64,000 bases of DNA from positions 1,888 through 65,887 of the forward strand of contig DASXUF010000129.1 of assembly GCA_036504975.1 (NCBI GenBank), read 5' to 3'. The stretch comes from Candidatus Binatia bacterium (GTDB lineage: Bacteria; Desulfobacterota; Binatia; UBA9968). The position numbers and the translations under genes were made by a program. This document shows positions 59,832-64,000 of this stretch, piece after piece (the first letter of the stretch is position 1; each line of letters opens with the position of its first letter). The notes under the pieces are model-generated. The model was not told the DNA's origin. It saw only the letters and a list, made by a program, of their open reading frames with translations, and did not search any database.

Positions 59832-60758
59832 GTGATGCGCATCGCCGTTCCCGACCTGATCTCTAATTCTTACTTCCCAGCCATTGCCGCCGCCGAGCTT
59901 GGATTTTTTAAGGACGAGGGCCTGGATATCGAAAAGGTCGAGCTGCTCTTTCCCGTGCCGAAGACGATGGAGGCGCTGCGCGACGGCGCGCTTGATTTCG
60001 TCGCCGGTTCGGCGCACGCCACGCTCATGGCGTTTCCGGATTGGAAAGGGGCGAAGCTTTTGGCGGCGCTCGGGCAGAGAATGTACTGGCTGCTCGTGCT
60101 GCGCGCCGATCTCGGCGCAAAACGCGGCGATATCGGCGCCGTCAAAGGTTTGAGGATCGGCGCGGCCCCGGGTGTGGACTACGGCCTCAAGCGTCTATTG
60201 CTTGAAGCGGGAATAGATCCGGCGCGCGACAACGTGCAAATCGCGCCGGTTCCCGGCGCGACCGGCGCAACGGTTTCATTCGGCCTTACGGCGGCGAAAG
60301 CTCTGGAAGAGGGAGAGATCGACGGCTTCTGGGCCAACGCCATGGGCGCGGAGATCGCCGTCAGCCGCGGCGTCGGGACCATTATTCTAGACGTCCGGCG
60401 CGGCGACGGACCCGAGACCGCGCGCCACTACACGTTTCCCGCTCTACTCACGACACAAGCCAGAATTGACCGCGAGCCCGAGAGCGCCGCCGCCGGCGTA
60501 CGGGCAATTGTCCGCGCGCAGAAGATGCTGCGAGAAGAGCCGGCGCGCGCGACGGAGATCGGCCGGCGGATTTTTCCGCCGGCCGAGGCGGAATTGATCG
60601 CGGAGTTGATTCGGCGCGATCTGCCTTACTATGATGCAACAATTTCCGAAGAAACCGTCGTCCAAATGAACCGCTTCGCTCAAGACATGGGACTGCTTTC
60701 AAAACCGGTGCCGTACGATCGAGTGGTCGCGACCCAGTTCCGTAACTTATGGCTTTAA
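59832..60758 (+). CDS. NMT1/SsuA-like solute-binding-fold protein without a signal peptide
   Basis: 308 aa, starting (M)MRIAVPDLISNSYFPAIAAAELGFFKDEGLD.... It has the SBP fold pattern but no N-terminal hydrophobic segment. Confidence 0.7.
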   Translation: MMRIAVPDLISNSYFPAIAAAELGFFKDEGLDIEKVELLFPVPKTMEALRDGALDFVAGSAHATLMAFPDWKGAKLLAALGQRMYWLLVLRADLGAKRGDIGAVKGLRIGAAPGVDYGLKRLLLEAGIDPARDNVQIAPVPGATGATVSFGLTAAKALEEGEIDGFWANAMGAEIAVSRGVGTIILDVRRGDGPETARHYTFPALLTTQARIDREPESAAAGVRAIVRAQKMLREEPARATEIGRRIFPPAEAELIAELIRRDLPYYDATISEETVVQMNRFAQDMGLLSKPVPYDRVVATQFRNLWL

Positions 60759-60789
60759 GGGTTCTGAGAGATCTATGCCGACCAATTTT

Positions 60790-60880
60790 CCTTCTCCCTC
60801 GAGGGAGAAGGTTAGGATGAGGGGGTTTTCGAGACAGGCACCCTCACCCCTGCCCTCTCCCGCCAGCGGGAGAGGGCGAC
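60790..60880. repeat. REP-like G/C-rich units upstream of radA
   Basis: CTCCCTCGAGGGAGAAGGTTAGGATGAGGGGG and CACCCTCACCCCTGCCCTCTCCCGCCAGCGGGAGAGGGC each contain a short palindrome. Confidence 0.5.
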
Positions 60881-60915
60881 TATGATCTGATGGCTGATAG
60901 CTGAAAGCTACTTTT

Positions 60916-62277
60916 ATGGCGAAAGCAAAAATCGTCTACGCCTGCCAGAACTGCGGTTTCCAAGCGCCGAAATGGCTGGGCAAGTGTCCCGACTGTAATC
61001 AATGGAACACGCTGGTCGAGGAAAAATTCGAGCGCGCCGCCAACCCGCGCGACGAATTTAATCTTGGCGCGAAGGAAACCCCGACCTCCATCGCCGATAT
61101 TTCGACCGCGGAAGAAGGCAGAGTTCTTTCCAGCATCAGCGAGTTCGACCGCGTTCTCGGCGGCGGTCTGGTTCCCGGCTCCGTGACCTTGATCGGCGGC
61201 GATCCGGGAATCGGCAAATCGACGCTGCTCATCCAGGCCTTCGCCGCTCTCAGCCACAACGGCCTCACCTGTCTCTACGTCTCCGGCGAAGAATCGCCGC
61301 GGCAAATCAAAATGCGCGCCGAGCGCCTCGGCATCGCCTCGCCGCAATTGCTCATTTTAAGCGAGACCGCGCTGGATAGAATTCTGGAGCAGATAAAAAA
61401 GACCAAACCCGCGGTTCTCGTGATCGATTCGATCCAGACGATCTTCTCTTCGTCGCTCCCGTCGGCGCCAGGGAGCATCGGCCAGGTAAGGGAGTGTTCC
61501 GGCTCGATCATCACGCTGGCGAAAAAAAGCGGCCTCAGCACCTTTATCATCGGCCACGTCACCAAAGACGGATCGATCGCCGGACCGCGCGTGCTCGAGC
61601 ACATGGTCGATACGGTTCTCTATTTCGAAGGCGACCGCGGGCACAACTTCAGAATTCTCAGAGCGGTCAAAAACCGCTTCGGCTCGACCAACGAGATCGG
61701 CGTCTTCGAGATGAAAGAGAGCGGTCTCAAAGAAGTGAGCAACCCGTCCGAGCTTTTTCTCCTGGAGCGGCCGCTTTCGGCGCCCGGCTCGGCGGTCGTT
61801 TGCAGCATGGAGGGAACGCGCCCGATCCTCGTCGAATTGCAGGCTCTCGTCAGCCACTCTTTTCTCGCCGTGCCGCGCCGCACCACGATCGGCGTCGATC
61901 ACAGCCGCGTCGCGCTGCTCGTCGCCGTGCTGGAGAAAAAGATGGGGCTCAAGCTTTTCAATCAGGATATTTTCGTCAACGTCGCGGGCGGAGTGCAGGT
62001 GGAGGAGCCGGCGGTCGATTTGGGCATCGTCGCCGCCGTGGGATCGAGCTACAGCGAGCGGGCCATCGACCCGAGAACCGTGATCTTCGGCGAAGTGGGA
62101 CTCGCAGGCGAGATTCGCGGCATCGCCCAGGCCGAAGCGCGTATCAAAGAGGCGGGAAAGCTCGGCTTCGAGCGCGCCGTTCTCCCCAAGAGCAACAGCG
62201 CGCAGCTAACGCACGTCAAAGCTCCAGAACTAATTGGGGTCTCTTCGCTCGCCGAATGCCGCGAAATCCTCTTCTGA
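60916..62277 (+). CDS. radA: DNA repair protein RadA/Sms
   Basis: 453 aa with the zinc finger CQNCGFQAPKWLGKCPDC, Walker A GDPGIGKST and the KNRFG motif. Confidence 0.95.
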   Translation: MAKAKIVYACQNCGFQAPKWLGKCPDCNQWNTLVEEKFERAANPRDEFNLGAKETPTSIADISTAEEGRVLSSISEFDRVLGGGLVPGSVTLIGGDPGIGKSTLLIQAFAALSHNGLTCLYVSGEESPRQIKMRAERLGIASPQLLILSETALDRILEQIKKTKPAVLVIDSIQTIFSSSLPSAPGSIGQVRECSGSIITLAKKSGLSTFIIGHVTKDGSIAGPRVLEHMVDTVLYFEGDRGHNFRILRAVKNRFGSTNEIGVFEMKESGLKEVSNPSELFLLERPLSAPGSAVVCSMEGTRPILVELQALVSHSFLAVPRRTTIGVDHSRVALLVAVLEKKMGLKLFNQDIFVNVAGGVQVEEPAVDLGIVAAVGSSYSERAIDPRTVIFGEVGLAGEIRGIAQAEARIKEAGKLGFERAVLPKSNSAQLTHVKAPELIGVSSLAECREILF

Positions 62278-62434
62278 GGGGACAATAAACTTCGCCTAAC
62301 TTCGTTCATCGCCCCTCGGACTCCCTGCGGCGTACAAGAAGAGTACGCCTCAGTCGCCTCGGGGCTCGCGCCTCGTTATGCTCGTTTCTTGTCCCCTCAG
62401 CAAATTTACTTAGCTTCGAACCCAGTGCCACATA

Positions 62435-62595
62435 AAGCCCGAGAGAGCGAGTTCGAAGGGCGAGGTCACAGTGACGTGTAGCGACACGGCAGGCCCTGAA
62501 CAGGGGAGTAAGCACCGTCGGGGTGGACGGCGCGGGCGGCCCTCGAGGCAGAACTCTATTGAGCTCGCCCGGAGCGGCTCGCGCTTGAGGGCTGA
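62435..62595 (+). repeat. R1 repeat family, copy B
   Basis: By eye it aligns over ~160 nt at roughly 80 percent identity with the reverse complement of 20788..20950. Confidence 0.65.
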
Positions 62596-62614
62596 CCGCG
62601 AGAACAGTCCGTGG

Positions 62615-63238
62615 TTATGCCGCCGCCGGACGGACGGCGGCGGAGCTACTAAAGAATTTATTGACCGCGTCCCAATTGATATTCGAGCAAAACGCCTCGA
62701 TGTACTTGCTCCGCTCCGACGGCTTGTAGTCGAGCAGAAACGCGTGCTCCCAGACGTCCATGACGAGGACGGGCTTAAAGCCCGAAGGAACTCCGACTTC
62801 GTGCAGCTCGATCCAGTGGTTCGAAAGCTGGCCGGTCACCGGATCGTGATAGAGAACCGACCAGCCCACGCCACGCATGCTTCCCACGGCCGTAAAATCA
62901 GTCTTCCAGCCCTCGAAGCTACCGAAACTTTCCTCCAGAGCGCGTTTAAGCTCACCCGACGGGCTGCCTTTGCCTTTCGGCGCGAGATTTCCAAAATAAT
63001 ATTCGTGGAGAACCATGCCGCCATATTCGAAGCCAAGATGGCGCTTGATCTCTGAATAGGCGGGATTGCTGCCGGACGCCTTCTTGTTGCGCACCATCTC
63101 CGATAATTGTTCAGAGAGGAGGTTGGTATTCTTGACGTAGCCTTCGTAGAGGGCGAAGTGCATATCCAGCGTCCTATCGGAAATCCCGTTGAGTCCCGCC
63201 AAATTAAATTTCTTTGCTTTATATACGTGTCGTTCCAC
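62615..63238 (-). CDS. Fe/Mn superoxide dismutase
   Basis: 207 aa with MDVWEHAFLLDY and the metal-ligand His/Asp pattern. Confidence 0.9.
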   Translation of the reverse strand: MERHVYKAKKFNLAGLNGISDRTLDMHFALYEGYVKNTNLLSEQLSEMVRNKKASGSNPAYSEIKRHLGFEYGGMVLHEYYFGNLAPKGKGSPSGELKRALEESFGSFEGWKTDFTAVGSMRGVGWSVLYHDPVTGQLSNHWIELHEVGVPSGFKPVLVMDVWEHAFLLDYKPSERSKYIEAFCSNINWDAVNKFFSSSAAVRPAAA

Positions 63239-63331
63239 GACGTTTAACCTCCTGGAGATATCGGGGCGCGCCAGCGCCCGGCACCAGCGGGCGTCGAGTT
63301 CAGCCCGCTGGTACCGAATTGATCCGCCCCG

Positions 63332-63640
63332 CTAGCCCCGAGCGACTTGCAGGTTGTTGACGACCTTCTTGACGCCCTTGACCTGACTCGCAAGCTGCTC
63401 AGCTCGCGCTTTTTGCTGCGGTGACTCGACGGTGCCGTTCAGATAAACAACACCGTTGTTGGTATCGACGTCGATGCGCGTCAAGTTGGCCGCCTTATCC
63501 GCCACCAGGTTCGCCTTCACCGAAGCCGTAAGATTGGCGTCGTCGACGTTCTGCCCCGCCGTTTTTCCGGTCATCGCCTGGCAGCCGGCCAGCGCAACGA
63601 CCAACAACACCACCGCCAAACTCTCCAATGCGCGTCTCAT
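63332..63640 (-). CDS. BON-domain lipoprotein (OsmY-like)
   Basis: 102 aa with the lipobox LAGC and the BON block VDTNNGVVYLNGTVES...VKGVKKVVNNLQV. Confidence 0.8.
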   Translation of the reverse strand: MRRALESLAVVLLVVALAGCQAMTGKTAGQNVDDANLTASVKANLVADKAANLTRIDVDTNNGVVYLNGTVESPQQKARAEQLASQVKGVKKVVNNLQVARG

Positions 63641-63810
63641 CCCCTTACACCCCCTTTTCGATAAAGTTTGGGACTTGCCTTAGTCTAGCGCTTTCGCAGA
63701 AACGAACAATCGGGTGATTGCTTGCAGTTTCCCTGCGGATTTTTCTGGAGCGGTGTAAATCAAGCAAACGAACGAGATGAACGAAATCGCGGACTTCGTT
63801 TGTACTAAGG

Positions 63811-63839
63811 TTGACGACGCCGCGGCTCTACGCTATCAA
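63811..63839 (+). promoter_or_regulatory. Candidate tRNA promoter (TTGACG-N17-TATCAA)
   Basis: It ends 11 nt before the tRNA 5' end. Confidence 0.4.
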
Positions 63840-63850
63840 TTTTAAGACGC

Positions 63851-63936
63851 GCCGGAGTGGCGGAACGGCAGACGCGTCGGACTCAAAATCCGATGGAGGC
63901 AACTCCGTGGGGGTTCAAGTCCCTTCTCCGGCACCA
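63851..63936 (+). tRNA. tRNA-Leu (anticodon CAA), CCA encoded
   Basis: The acceptor stem GCCGGAG pairs with CTCCGGC. The anticodon loop is CTCAAAA. It has a long variable arm, a GGTTCAAGTCC T-arm, and ends ACCA. Confidence 0.9.
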
Positions 63937-64000
63937 ATCTGATTCGCCTATGTCAGTTGGCGAATTATTTGCGGCGGCGGGAGATCGCGGGATAAGGCGG

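Noticed and set aside
62596-62650. GC-rich hairpin (CCGCCGCCG-GACGGAC-GGCGGCGG) as a bidirectional terminator between radA and sod.
   Set aside because: It lies within the sod coding 3' end and encodes the AAVRPAAA tail. There is no U-tract on either strand. It is therefore not callable as a terminator.
63851-64000. tRNA-Leu as a possible genomic-island attachment site at the right edge.
   Set aside because: Only 64 nt follow the tRNA before the window ends. No repeat of the tRNA 3' end and no integrase can be seen.

Overview
About 64 kb of a high-GC bacterial chromosome. I cannot assign a taxon from sequence alone. The gene content and the REP-type repeats resemble uncultured soil lineages, but that is only an impression. 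All coordinates for starts, repeats and motifs were derived by hand from the sequence and the ORF track. No statistics, folding or database searches were run.

Coding content, left to right:
1. A glycogen-debranching-type gene and a GT4 glycosyltransferase.
2. An orphan form-II CoxL-like molybdoenzyme.
3. Two LysR paralogues, an orphan solute-binding protein (SBP) and a 5' LysR stub.
4. A 12-gene nuo operon (A-C-D-E-F-G-H-J-K-L-M-N, minus strand, 9.3-22.1 kb) that lacks nuoB and nuoI.
5. A proteostasis cluster: hsp20-lon-htrA, a divergent hsp20, and groES-groEL.
6. Cytochrome c, a glutathione S-transferase (GST) and an SPFH protein.
7. An accessory stretch that looks AT-richer by eye (about 31.4-36.2 kb). 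It holds toxin-antitoxin (TA) remnants and two cargo cassettes.
8. The 2-oxoacid dehydrogenase E1 alpha and E1 beta genes, and an MlaC-family protein.
9. A second, 11-gene nuo operon (A-B-C-D-H-I-J-K-L-M-N, 39.3-50.0 kb) that lacks nuoEFG.
10. An SBP plus hydrolase pair, larC, an MFS transporter, and bioF-bioA-[GIY-YIG insertion]-bioD.
11. An isochorismatase-family gene, an SBP-like gene, radA, a superoxide dismutase, a BON-domain lipoprotein and tRNA-Leu(CAA).

Most interesting observations:
- The two cargo cassettes are delimited by three copies of the 3' end of the E1-beta gene.
- One cassette carries a fusion of a PUA/EVE-like domain to a PD-(D/E)xK-like nuclease, followed by a 2-TM protein of unknown function. 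I consider this the best candidate for an undescribed defence-type system in the window.
- The other cassette carries an overlapping pair of small proteins.

Non-coding content is rich:
- An approximately 160-nt repeat family (R1) with four copies.
- A nested-hairpin family (H1) with compensatory stem changes.
- REP-like hairpins inside both nuo operons.
- A GIY-YIG gene flanked by inverted REP-like repeats inside the bio operon.
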